Source of the DNA: the human T2T-CHM13v2.0 reference genome, Homo sapiens
Length of the DNA stretch: 64,000 nt
NCBI RefSeq assembly: GCF_009914755.1
Contig: NC_060942.1
Direction: 5' to 3' (one strand)
Below, piece by piece: positions 44,176 to 55,030 of the stretch. The position numbers and the translations under genes are program-made. Below the pieces are notes generated by a model. The model was not told the DNA's origin and made no database searches. It saw only the letters and a program-made list of their open reading frames with translations. Each line of letters starts with the position of its first letter. The stretch's first letter is position 1.

Positions 44176-44294
44176 GTCCCAGGGCAATATTGAATAAATG
44201 CCTTGTTTCCTCTTGGCCTATTTCTCAGTTACAACTGGAGGCATTCGAAAACACCTCGTGTCCTACCTCCCTCCCACTTCACATTTTCTGTTTG

Positions 44295-44510
44295 CTTATT
44301 ATGCTCCATTCACTGTTCCAAGGCATATGTGACTCCGGATTTATTTATTCCTCACAATAACTCCACAAGAATGCTATGATTCTTGCTCCAGTTTGCGATG
44401 AGAACACCAAGGCACAGAGTAGTTCATGAAATTCACCCAAAGACACAGAAGCAGTAAGTGAAAGAGCCTGGATCTGGGCCCAAGAAGTCTGGTTCTAGAA
44501 TCAAAACCTT
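44295..44510. mobile_element. MIR SINE
   Basis: ttattcctcacaataactcc...gatgagaacaccaaggcacagag...cccaagaagtctgg. Confidence 0.75.
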
Positions 44511-44734
44511 TCAAGTGGGTTACCTAGAACCTCCCTATCTAGGCTAATACCTAGAACCTGGGTTCTTTGCTATCATCTGTACATGTTATGGCAGCTCGAT
44601 GTTTCAAAGCATTTCAAGGACTTTGTTAAAGCACACTAAGGACCTTGTTTGTGTCATTTTTGTCTTGTCTTCACCCACAGACCATTCCCTGATAATGAAA
44701 AGAGGAGAAAACCGTGAATAGGGAAAGGATTCAG

Positions 44735-44894
44735 TGGAAAATGTACAGTTTCCAGAGATGGTTTTCAGCAATTCCTTCTATTCCTCTACACTCATGTTGT
44801 TCTTGCCATCAAGAGGTAGAGCCGGCCAGGTGCGGTGGCTCACTTGTTTACTTCATATTTGTTGAATTGGTAAATTGGCTGTTACTGGAAATGC

Positions 44895-44952
<58 letters not shown>

Positions 44953-45535
44953 AGCTTCTCCAGAGCAATTTTGTTTGGTATTAAACTTTAATCATGTAAC
45001 ATCAAGAGAGTTTATGATGAAGAAAACACATTTTAAAAAAAAGGTTAATTTTTCAGTGTTGGTACTTTACGATTAGGTATAAGAAATGTTACAGAATTTG
45101 TGCTTATATTTTGATGAGAAGTCTTTGTTTTTGGCCTAAATCCCAACACTTTGGGAGGCCGAAGCGGGTGGATCACTTGAGGCCAGGAATTTGAGACCAG
45201 CCTAGCCAACATGGTGAAACCCTGTCTCTACTAAAAATACAAAAAATTAGCTGGGTGTGTTGGTGCATGCCTGTAATTCTAGCTACTTGGGAGCCTGAGA
45301 CATGAGAATTGCTTGAACCCAGGAGGCAGAGGTTGCAGTGAGCTGAGATTGCACTCCAACTTGGGTGACAGAGTGAAACTCTGTCTCAAAAAAAAAAAAA
45401 AAGAATTAGAGCCTACCCCTCATGCACACACGCATAAGAAAAGCCCACCTGACCCACAGAATGGAAGGAATAAAATGGTTGTGTTAGGCTACTGCGTTTT
45501 GGAGTGGATTCTTATTCAGCAAGAGAAATGGGATA
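44735..45535. mobile_element. MLT1-type LTR remnant hosting the split Alu
   Basis: tccagagatgg...ccatcaagaggtagag before the Alu and cctgacccacagaa...aataaaatggttg...ttttggagtgg after it. Confidence 0.55.
44824..45402 (+). mobile_element. AluS (Sz-like) split by a 290-bp templated insertion
   Basis: GGCCAGGTGCGGTGGCTCAC | insert 44844-45133 | GCCTAAATCCCAACACTTTGGG; TSD aagaggtagagcc / aagaattagagcc. Confidence 0.95.
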
Positions 45536-46796
45536 GAGAAGGGTAGCAGGACAGCCTTCTCTGGCTCCTTAATCCCTATCAAGCCAAGTTCATTTCAGCT
45601 TTCTATTTTCTTTGTAGCTTCTACCTGGAATTCTTCCCTCTCTTTGCTCAGTCCACTTCTACGTCTCTGTTCCCCAGCTTCAAGACCTGGATATGTTTCC
45701 CATCCCCTGTGATGTCTTCCTCAACATCCCCAGGCCAGAGGGATCTTCCTCTCCTCTGAATTTTTCTCCATGTATTGCCTTTCTGATGCAGATTTATAAT
45801 TTACTGTTTTATTGCAAGTAAATTAATCCCAGATAAATTATACTCATGCAATTTTTATTCTCAGTCTCCATCTGGTCAGGCTGGAGAGAAACTTAAACTA
45901 AGTCATTCTGGGTTTGCCCTCTGCCTGGGTTGTGCCACAGTCAGGGTCTTAGGCAGTGCTAAGTCATTAAGTGGGATACCTCTGATTACTGGGCATTGCT
46001 CTTCACCTTACTCCTGAGAATTCTGCTGTTTCTATTCCCTCATATGTTGACATTCTGGTGATTCTCTGCTGTTTGGGGACCTGAAAACCTGGCTAGATCC
46101 TATCTCACAGATGTGCATAAAGTCAGTCCTTTCTAGCACATTGCTCTCTGCCAACTAGGGGACTGCCAGGGGACAGGGCTCTCAGCAGCAAGCCTGCCAG
46201 GACTCCTAGACACTGTTATCTGCTTCTTACAATTTCTTGTCTAGGGAAAAGTTTCAATCCATGTCTCTGTCTATTTCTTACCACAGTGGCAAGGAAGGGG
46301 ACAGTGCCTATGCATGCTGACCACCTCCCACCCCAAGCATCTGGCATTGACTCTCTGCTTTTCAGCCTCAGTTCTTTCTCCTAAAGTGAGGGGAGCTTCC
46401 TTAACACAAGCACTGAAGTGGCAAGGCAGGAGGAAGGTTTGAATACAAATGGCCATGGATGAAGGGCCCAAACTCTCAAACATAAAAGGGCCATTTCTGA
46501 GGTGCAGCCTGTATGGCCCTTCAAAGAGGCCCAAGCAGGACTGAGCCCTGGTTGTCTTCAGTGGTATCCAGATAACTAATGTATCATTTCCCCTTCCTCC
46601 CTGTCTGAATCTCTCTACTCTTACATTCCTGCTTCCTGGGATCACATCCTAAGTTCCATGCATCTTGGTCCTTGTCTCAGGCTTTACTTCCAAGGGAACT
46701 GAAAGTAAGACTGTTTCCCATCCCTCTTGAATCTTCCAAACTCTCCCTTCCATTCCATTGCCTGCTCAAAGCCATCAATTTATCTACAGACCTAGA

Positions 46797-47207
46797 CCGG
46801 TGATGCTATATCATGGGCAATTCTGCCACCCCTAGGTGACATTTGGCAATATCTGGAGACATTTTTGGTGGCCACAACTGGAGGACGGTGCTAGTGGCGT
46901 CTACTGGGAAGAGGCCAGGGATGCCGCTAAATCTCCCACCTTGCATAGGACAGCTCCCTACAACCAAGAGGGCCTCAAATCCAGCCCCACAGGGCCCCAC
47001 AGGACAGCTCCCTACAACCAAGAGGGCCTCCAATCCAGCCCCACAGGACAGCTCCCTACAACCAAGAGGGCCTCCAATCCAGCCCCACAGGACAGCCCCC
47101 TACAACCAAGAGGGCCTCCAATCCAGCCCCACAGGACAGCTCCCTACAACCAAGAGGGCCTCAAATCCAGCCCCACATGCCAGTAGTGCCCCAATTAGGA
47201 AATTCTG
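46797..47207 (+). mobile_element. MER20 (hAT-Charlie) with an internal minisatellite
   Basis: gacatttggcaatatctggagacatttttgg...gaggccagggatgccgctaaa...caggacagc...agtagtgcc...gaaattctg. Confidence 0.9.
46947..47176. repeat. Minisatellite of five 44-bp units
   Basis: Unit AGGACAGCTCCCTACAACCAAGAGGGCCTCMAATCCAGCCCCAC starts at 46947, 47001, 47045, 47089 and 47133, with a 10-bp partial unit at 46991-47000. Confidence 0.98.
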
Positions 47208-48544
47208 GTATAAATATTTAGAGATGAGAAACAGGAAGTGTTGGAGGCTACTGCTTCTTTTCATCAGTCACATGCCTTTTTACAAGTTAAGATTCTCAGG
47301 TTTCAGCTTAGATCTCCTTCCTGAATCAGAACCTTTGAAGAGGACTTGAGAATCTGTGTATTTTTCTTAAACTCAGGTGATTTTGATGGATCCAGGGTGG
47401 CGCCAAGGCATACACTAGCATTTGGGGTCTAGTCCCCTTGATGTGTCCTGGGAAGACCAGCTTCCTTATTATTACAGAATGTTCTAGAAACATACTAACT
47501 CGCAAACAAAAGTTTATCATGTGGGCCCACTAGATGCTGGTATGAAATACCCTGTGACAAACAGAGACATGAGGAAAGAAGATGTGTTTTACATGTGAGC
47601 AGGGGGCTACAGAGTTGCAGGCAGGGGCTCAATAAAACTTGGAAACCCCCACCCAAACCTTTGTCCAGAGACTCAGAGAAAAAGTGACTCTGCTTTGCAC
47701 TAAAAAACTGATAGGACCAAGGGGCACTGGGTGTGAAGCATCCCTGTCAATTCTCACAAATATTTTGGAGATGAATCACAAATATTAGTACTTTCAGGGG
47801 TTCAGTGACAAGGGCTGGCAGGGTTCAGAGCATTAAGATTTGATGAATTATGTTAAACATGACTAATATTGTCCTCACTCAGTGTTTAAGCCTGCAAAGT
47901 GTGGATAGTGCATTTTCTCTATTCATTTTTGTTTAGCTATACATTTTCCCCAGTTAACCTGGAAATGTTCTCAGTCTATGCTACATATCCTTGTTTTTCA
48001 ATCCCCTGAAAGCTCCTACACAATGTTGGATTCATGGGCTTCTGTTGAATTGATTTTCTGGTTGGAAAAGAGCCAAGATAACTATCTAGTGACATTTCCA
48101 AGAATTCTGGATTAATATCAATAGTACTCTCCATCAAAAATGTACTCAGACTACCTGATGTCTAACATAACTTACATTCCTTTTTTTGAACTGACTAGCT
48201 TTTGCAGACTTGATACAGGTAAGCTTTAAAATAGTTTGTCAAGAAACATTTATATGTGGATTAATTGACTGATGTACAACCTTTTCCATATATCTTGAAT
48301 ATTGACCTGTTGTTTTGCTTAAAGCAAATTCAGCAAAGAATTGTTTTGTTTGATTTTGAGGTTTGATCCTTGCCTGATCAATGGCTGAGATTTCATCTTT
48401 GAATTTTAGGCTCCTGGACATCAATGAATAACCTAACAACCTTGGGAATAAGCAAGCATGAGGAATTGAGGAATATGGCCCAAAAGTTGAGAGTAAGACT
48501 CAGAGTCAACCCACCCATCTCCAAGTATAGATGTGCAATTTACC

Positions 48545-48715
48545 ATCAGATTATGGGAACTCAGAGGTAAGTTACTTAACTGCTCTGTGTCTACTTTCCT
48601 CATCCAGAAGGCAGGAATTGCAGGTTGTGATGATTAATTGGGTAAATGCGTGTAGCAGCTTTAGGACAAACCCTGGCACAAGGTGAGTGTTCAGTCCACA
48701 GTAGCTGCTACTACT
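48545..48715. mobile_element. MIR SINE
   Basis: aagttacttaactgctctgtgtctactttcctcatc...cctggcacaaggtgagtgttcagt. Confidence 0.75.
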
Positions 48716-48909
48716 AGGATTATTTTAATGCCCAGGTCTGATAATGAATTTATCTGCATTCTAACATAAAATTTCTTACAGCCTTCCCATCACTGTTGGT
48801 AATCTCTCATTTCTAATAATTTTGGTAGAAGATTTTGAGCATTCACATATATAATTTTTCTTTGCCAGTAAAACCCTTCTCCTTCATCTTCTTCACCCAG
48901 CTATCTCTA

Positions 48910-49545
48910 ATTCACTCATTGATTCATTCATACATTCAATCCTTCCATAAATATCTGCTAATTATGTCAGGCTCAGGGTTTGGTTCAAGGACTATAATGG
49001 GAACAAAATAACCCAAATATGACCTCTTTTCTCATGTAACTTATCAAGTAAATGGGATGGGGTGGAGGAAAAATCAAACAATTATAGAAATAAATGTGCC
49101 ATGAAAAGTGTTGTGTATCATAATGAGTGTGCGTAATGATACTTGACTAATCCAGTGAGTTCAGAGAAGACTTCCATTGAGAAGCAACGTATAGACAAGA
49201 TTCAAAGGATAAGTAAAAGGTTGCTAGGCAAATCAGGGAAGGAAGAGCATGCCAAGTAGAAGAACCAGCATGTGCAAGGGTCTTGCAGCTAATCCTTTGA
49301 CTCTCAACTCAAAAGTCACTTCCCTGGTGAGACCTCCCTTTTCCACCACTGCCCCTCCAGACAGGGTCAGTGTTCCTCTTTGCATTTCCTTCTCAACAGT
49401 TTGTAATCCCATATTTACTTATTTTTGTCCCTACCAGATTATAAGCTTTATGGAAGCATAGGACATGGACATGTTTGCATTATATCCCAACATCAAGCCC
49501 GTGCTTGGCCTATGGCTGGTGCCCCATGAATATTTGTTATATTCA
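48910..49545. mobile_element. Two L2 fragments in opposite orientation
   Basis: An attcattcat-led antisense L2 runs to about 49280 (agaagaaccagcatgtgcaaggg); a sense L2 3' piece then ends in gaatatttgtt. Confidence 0.65.
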
Positions 49546-50994
49546 TTGTGCCTTCCTTCAGGGATAGTTCATGACTTACTGATTGGTTTTCTTTAAGCCT
49601 ATTGTGCCTGTCCTGGTAGTAAATCAAGATTATTCAATTATCCAGATCGTGTAAAATCTCTTCCTTTTGTAATACCCTCCAACTCATTTGGGGTATAGAG
49701 ATTCTCCAAGTGCCTGTTATTACAGAGTACAAAACAGCCATAAATCATATGATTGAATAGATTATAATTTAATGGATGAGTTAAGATTAATTTAAAAAAC
49801 CAAAGAATTGTAGATTTTTCAGAGCCAGAAAGGGCCTTGAAGTTCATTTAGCACTCATTTTATAAATTATCAAAAGATCGGGACAGGACAGGCCTTTCCA
49901 CTCCACCAGCCATTTCCAAGATATGCCCTTCAAAGAAGCTTCCAAAGGCATTTACCAAAGGCATATAGGGTAACTTGATTAATAGAAGACCTAGTTCTCC
50001 AACCCTTGCCTTCGTTGTGAACAATGTTTTTATCCTAGCTGTTACGTGTCCATTTGGATCTTAATGGGAAGGAGCATTTTTTGTTCCTAAACTGCTTCCT
50101 TGAACTGGTTACAGTTATTCCAACTCAGTAGCAGGAGGGACTAGGACAATAAATAGGTGCCTTAACACCTGCAAAAGTTCTGGAAGCCTTCACATGTCAC
50201 ATCCTTTATCCAGAATCTGAACTGATAGGTTGGGATGGATGTGTTGTAGAAGCCCAATATCCCTGCATTACAAATAAAGCATTAAGACTGCCTATTCAAG
50301 GATAAAGAAAGGACTAGACAATATTAACCCAGAGAATAATGGCCTTGGAACACATTTGCACCTTTCTAACAATTTCCCAGCTTGCTCCACATGCTATTCA
50401 GTAGTCAAGCTGCCAAACAGACGTTTTGTCCTTCTAAAGATGGTCTCATTCCTTGAAGTTTCAGTTTTTGTAATTTGGCTGATTGGAGAACTTGGCTGAG
50501 CAAAGCATCATCAGAGATGATTTCTCTTGTTGTGAATTCAAAAGGCTTCAGCACACAGCACAAATGATCCATTAGCGTCCATTGTCTGGAGTTCAGGAAA
50601 ACACCTTCTGCAGCATTGTGCAGTAATGTGTATGGCTTTTTTCTTTCTCTTTCTTCTTCTTCTATGAGGAAAGCACGCCTCCTAACATATAGGACGACTT
50701 GTTTTTCAGTATGTGAGCAGTTTATGTATGATTAAAGTTGGGGAAAACTGTCACTCTTCAAAAATTTTCAAAGAATTTTGACAAAATGGCAGGAACAAGT
50801 TTCAAACAGACTGAGAAAAGCTGCAGTACTTCTGAGTTTATCAGGAAAATGTACATGTTACATAGAGGGAAGAAACAACTAAGTATTTACTGTGCATGGT
50901 AAAATATTTTCAGGTGAGCAAAGTAGAATAAAACATTGCCTTTATCTTCTTCCAGCTTACATTTCTATTGTAAAAACAGAACTTAAAATAATAC

Positions 50995-52826
50995 ATTACC
51001 AGAAAAAAAAACAGTAAGCCAAAAGAACTTTGAAAAAGAACAAAATTGGAGGACAAACAGTATCTGACTTCAAGACTTATAAAGTTATAGTAATCAAAAC
51101 AGTATGACCATTGGTGTAAAGCTAAACAAATAGATTGATGAAATAGAATAGAGTCCACAGATAGATATGTGCATATATGATGTATGGACAACTGATTTTT
51201 GACAAAGATGCAAAAGCAAGCAGTGGAGAAAGGGTAGTCTTTTCAACAGCTGATGCCAGAACAAATGGATTTCTAGCAGCAAAAAACCAACAAACCACAA
51301 AACAAAGAAACAACTTTGATCCATGGGTAGCACCAATATAAAAAGCAATTCAATCTAGTTATTGGAGGCTGGTAAGGGTCTAAGGAAGGGGAGTCTAGGG
51401 AGAGGTAGGTTAACAGTTACAAAACTATGGCTGGATAGGAGGAATAAGTTCTAGGGCTCTGTAGCACTGTAGGGTGAATATAGTTAACAATAATTTATTG
51501 TATATTTTCAAAACACTGGAAGAGAGAATTTTGAATGCTCACAGCACACAGAAATGATAAATTTTGGAGGTGATAGATATGCTCATTACTCTGATTTGAT
51601 CATTACATATTGTATACATATATCAAATATCATATCACTCTGTATCCCATAAATGTGTACAGTTATTACTTGTCAACTAAAGATAAAAGGAAAAAAAAAA
51701 CTCAAAAGGTATCATAGACCTAATATGATAAAACTTTGGAAATAAAAAGTAGGAAGAAATCTTTGTGACCTTGGATTAGGCAATATATCTTATATTCAAT
51801 GCTAAAAGCATCAAATTGATAAATGAGACTTCATCAAAATGTAAGACTTCTGTTCTTCAAAAATCATTGTTAAATATATGAAAAGACAAATCACAAAGTA
51901 GGAGAAAATATTGCAAAATTTTGCAAATTATATCTGTAGAAGAACTTGTATCCAAAATAGAATTTTCAAAATTCAATAAAACAACTACAAGCCGCCTATT
52001 TTTTTAATGAGCAAAACATTTGTGCTGACTTTTTGGAAGATACCCAGATGGCAAATAAGCACATCAAAAGATACTTGACATCATTTGTCATTAAGAAATG
52101 CAAGTTAAAACCACAACAAGATACAACTACATCTGCTTTTCTGGCTGAGATTTAAGAAACTGACCACTCTAAGTGTTAATGAGAATGTGGAAAAACTGGA
52201 ATTCTCAAACACTGCTTGTGGGAACATAAAATAGGACAACCATTTTGCAAAACAGTTTGGCCATTTCTTAAAAAGTTAAACTTATACTTACCATATGATT
52301 CAGCTATTTCATTCTTAGGCATTTATGCAAGACAGATGAATGTCTATGTCCATGTGAAGACCTGTACATACTGTTCAGAGCAGCTTTATTTGTAATAGCC
52401 CCAAATCTGGAAACAACCTAATGTCCACCAACAGGAGAATTAATAAACAAATTATGGTACTGTATATCCAGACAACAAAATACTACGCAGGAATAAAGAG
52501 AAATAAACCCAACAATATGGATGGATGCCAAATAATTATGGTGGTAAATAAAGGCATACAAAAGATAATACATCTTTTAATTCCATTTATAAAGTCCTAG
52601 TACATGTAAACTAATCTGTAGTGATAAAAAGCATATTAGTGGTTGCTTGAGGAGGAGGTGCAAGGAGAGGCACAAGAAAATTTTTTGGCTTTAAGAATGA
52701 AATGTTCATTATCTTGATTGTGGTGATGGTTTCATGGGTATAAAGATATGTCAAAACATCGAATTGTAAACTTTAAATATTTGCAACTTATTATATGTTA
52801 ATTTTACCTTATTAAAGCTGTTAAAA
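50995..52826 (+). mobile_element. Old L1M (MC/MD-type) ORF2 3' part and 3'UTR, interrupted by an L1MA 3' end
   Basis: gaaaaagaacaaaattggagg...ctgacttcaagacttat...tttttgacaaagatgc...atcttgattgtggtgatggtttcatggg...taaagctgtt. Confidence 0.9.
51355..51700 (+). mobile_element. L1MA 3' end nested in the older L1
   Basis: gataggaggaataagttctag...tagcactgtagggtgaatatagttaacaataattta...A-tail; the host L1 resumes at ctcaaaaggtatcatagacc. Confidence 0.85.
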
Positions 52827-53039
52827 CAAAAACAGTACACGATAAAGTTGGGAAATATTGATTCAGGGAATATGCATTGTGGGAATTCTTATGGGATCAA
52901 TATACAGTAAAGTCAATAGGAAAGGTTTTCCAGAGGAAGGGAGACCTGGCACAAACCTGAACAAATGAGAAGAAATTTTAGAACAGATCAGTTCACTTAA
53001 GAGTGTTTGAGCAAGAAAATTTGGAACAAGAACTGAGTA

Positions 53040-53830
53040 GAAATTTGCACAGAATGTTCTGGAAGAACAGGGGAAAGTAGTTTAGCCCTATCTGAAGGTT
53101 TGGTAAGGGCTTCATAAAAGACGCCATCTGAGTTAAGTGTTGTAGGATGAGGATGAATTAGCCAGGAAAAGAAAGGTTGGGCCAGGATTCCAAGAAGAGA
53201 GAACTTCATGAGCAAAGGTATGAAGATATGAACAGCATGTATGCTGAGAAATAAAATTCAATATAAATAGACAATAAAAATGAAATGAGAGATGCTCATG
53301 CATTCATCCACTCAGTTTGCCATTCAACAAATATTTATTAAGTGGTTTTTACATCAGATGACAATGCAGTCGAGACTTGTGACCTCTATGAAACTTCTAT
53401 TGTGGAGATGGAATTCATTCTAGATATTCCCTTGATAAGCCCATAAAGACCAATGAGGACCATATTATGAAGAGCTTTGCCTACCATTCCAAGTGACAGG
53501 GCTTTATTCTGGAGGCAAAAGGGAGCTGTGGCGAATAAGATGGTCAGTTTTTAAGATCATGCAGATTTGGAGGGATGCATGTATCTGATAGGGATGAGTA
53601 GAGAAGAGGAAACCTGCTAGCTCACTGTAACAAGAACCAAAATTGGAAACAAGAGAATAAAACATTGAAGGGCAAAGACAATGACGAGTTCAATTAGAGA
53701 CATGTTGGCTTTGATGAGGCCAGGGCAGTTGGCCCTGTTATTCTGGGCTCGCCAGAAAGATAAGTCCTCAAGATAGAAGCATACACTGAGAATCTAAATC
53801 AAGAGAAGGATTGAAGGCCAAAGAGAGACA
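53040..53830. mobile_element. Degenerate L2 fragments
   Basis: ggaaagggcttc-like L2 text, cattcaacaaatatttattaag, and gagttcaattagagacatgttggctttga. Confidence 0.55.
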
Positions 53831-54930
53831 TTCGCCCCTTTCCTATCTGCTAGTCACTGGATACTTGCATAATTGTTGCCTAAGGAACCTCTTGTCCTGG
53901 TTATTAGCCATTCTTATTGACTATTCTTACACAGTCACATCCAGCATGATATACCACTTCTAGGAGGTGCCAAAGTGAGGCAGCAGACCCAAGATTACCA
54001 AATCCAGCACATTGGATTCAAAGGGGTTCTAGAAACAATTTTACTCATTATCCTCAATTTACAACATCATTGCTTCAAAAACATTTTGGTAATCTACTAC
54101 TAAATGAGCCATCCAAAATCATGTCTATTCCAGAAATTAAAGGTACAAAAACCCCACTGTAGATTAAATAATGTGTCTAAACAGCCCTTAATTATTTAGA
54201 GAAACAGAAGCAATAGACACTTATTAATCACAAGAATGAAGCATTATCTGTGTGTGAATGTCTCTGGATATGAGAGAACATAGTATCTTTCATTGTGCTA
54301 AATTGTAACCTAAAAAATTTAGACTAATGATGGTATCACTTGTCTCAAAGCTCTTTAAAATGCCCAGAGATATAAACTATCAGCTATAGCCTCTCATAAA
54401 CCTCAGACTTGAACTATACATTGTGCATGCCTTCCCCCTGCTGGAGCATTTATTTGTACATGAGAAATGAAAGACTGATGCAGAACCATAGTCTTTGATA
54501 CATCCGTAAGAGTGGCCAAATATCCTGGTTGTCAAAGTAAACAGAGAGACTTCTGTCTGGGCTTTTCCGTGATTACATTTCTTACTTTTTGACAACAGGC
54601 ATTTCAGAGCTCCCCTGTGCTAAATGTGCCTCTGATTTCTGTCCTTCGCTCAATGAGGCCTGAAAACATAGTCTCCAATGAAAGAAACTTAGAATTTAAT
54701 CCATAAATACAGCAGTCTACATTTAATACCGACTGTTGAGATGGGACAGAGGACTTCTCTATTTATGAAGACAATGTAGAAATGAACAGGAGCCCGAGAG
54801 AAGACAGTCACACCCACACCTTCTATTTTCTGTCAAGGAAATAGACACAAAAATGGCTGTTTCCATGACAGGAAAACAAAGCAAAACAAAACAAAAATGT
54901 CTGAGTTGCAATTGTTGCTTTGGTGATTAT

Positions 54931-55030
54931 AGTGGTGGTGGTGGGCTCTTCTTTCCTTCCTTCTCCTCCTCCTTCTGCTCTTCCTCCTCCTCCTCCTCCA
55001 CTGCCACTGGCACCGCCTCCATCACCACTT
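54931..55030. repeat. Low-complexity (GGT)n then (CCT)n/(CTT)n tract
   Basis: Read directly from the sequence. Confidence 0.9.

Noticed and set aside
44844-45133. Insert as a processed pseudogene, transduction or C/D snoRNA retrocopy
   Set aside because: The A-run is internal and present in short form in the donor. There is no TSD or terminal tail, and the TGATGA has no matching D box or terminal stem that I can see.
46836-47349. Longest ORF (168 aa) with peptide repeats, or a CRISPR-like array
   Set aside because: It is MER20 plus a 44-bp tandem repeat. The unit is not a multiple of 3, there are no unique spacers, and the context is eukaryotic.
47526-47540. Second CTCF-like motif CCACTAGATGCTG
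   Set aside because: It lacks the GGC of the core 3' half, so it is too weak to call.
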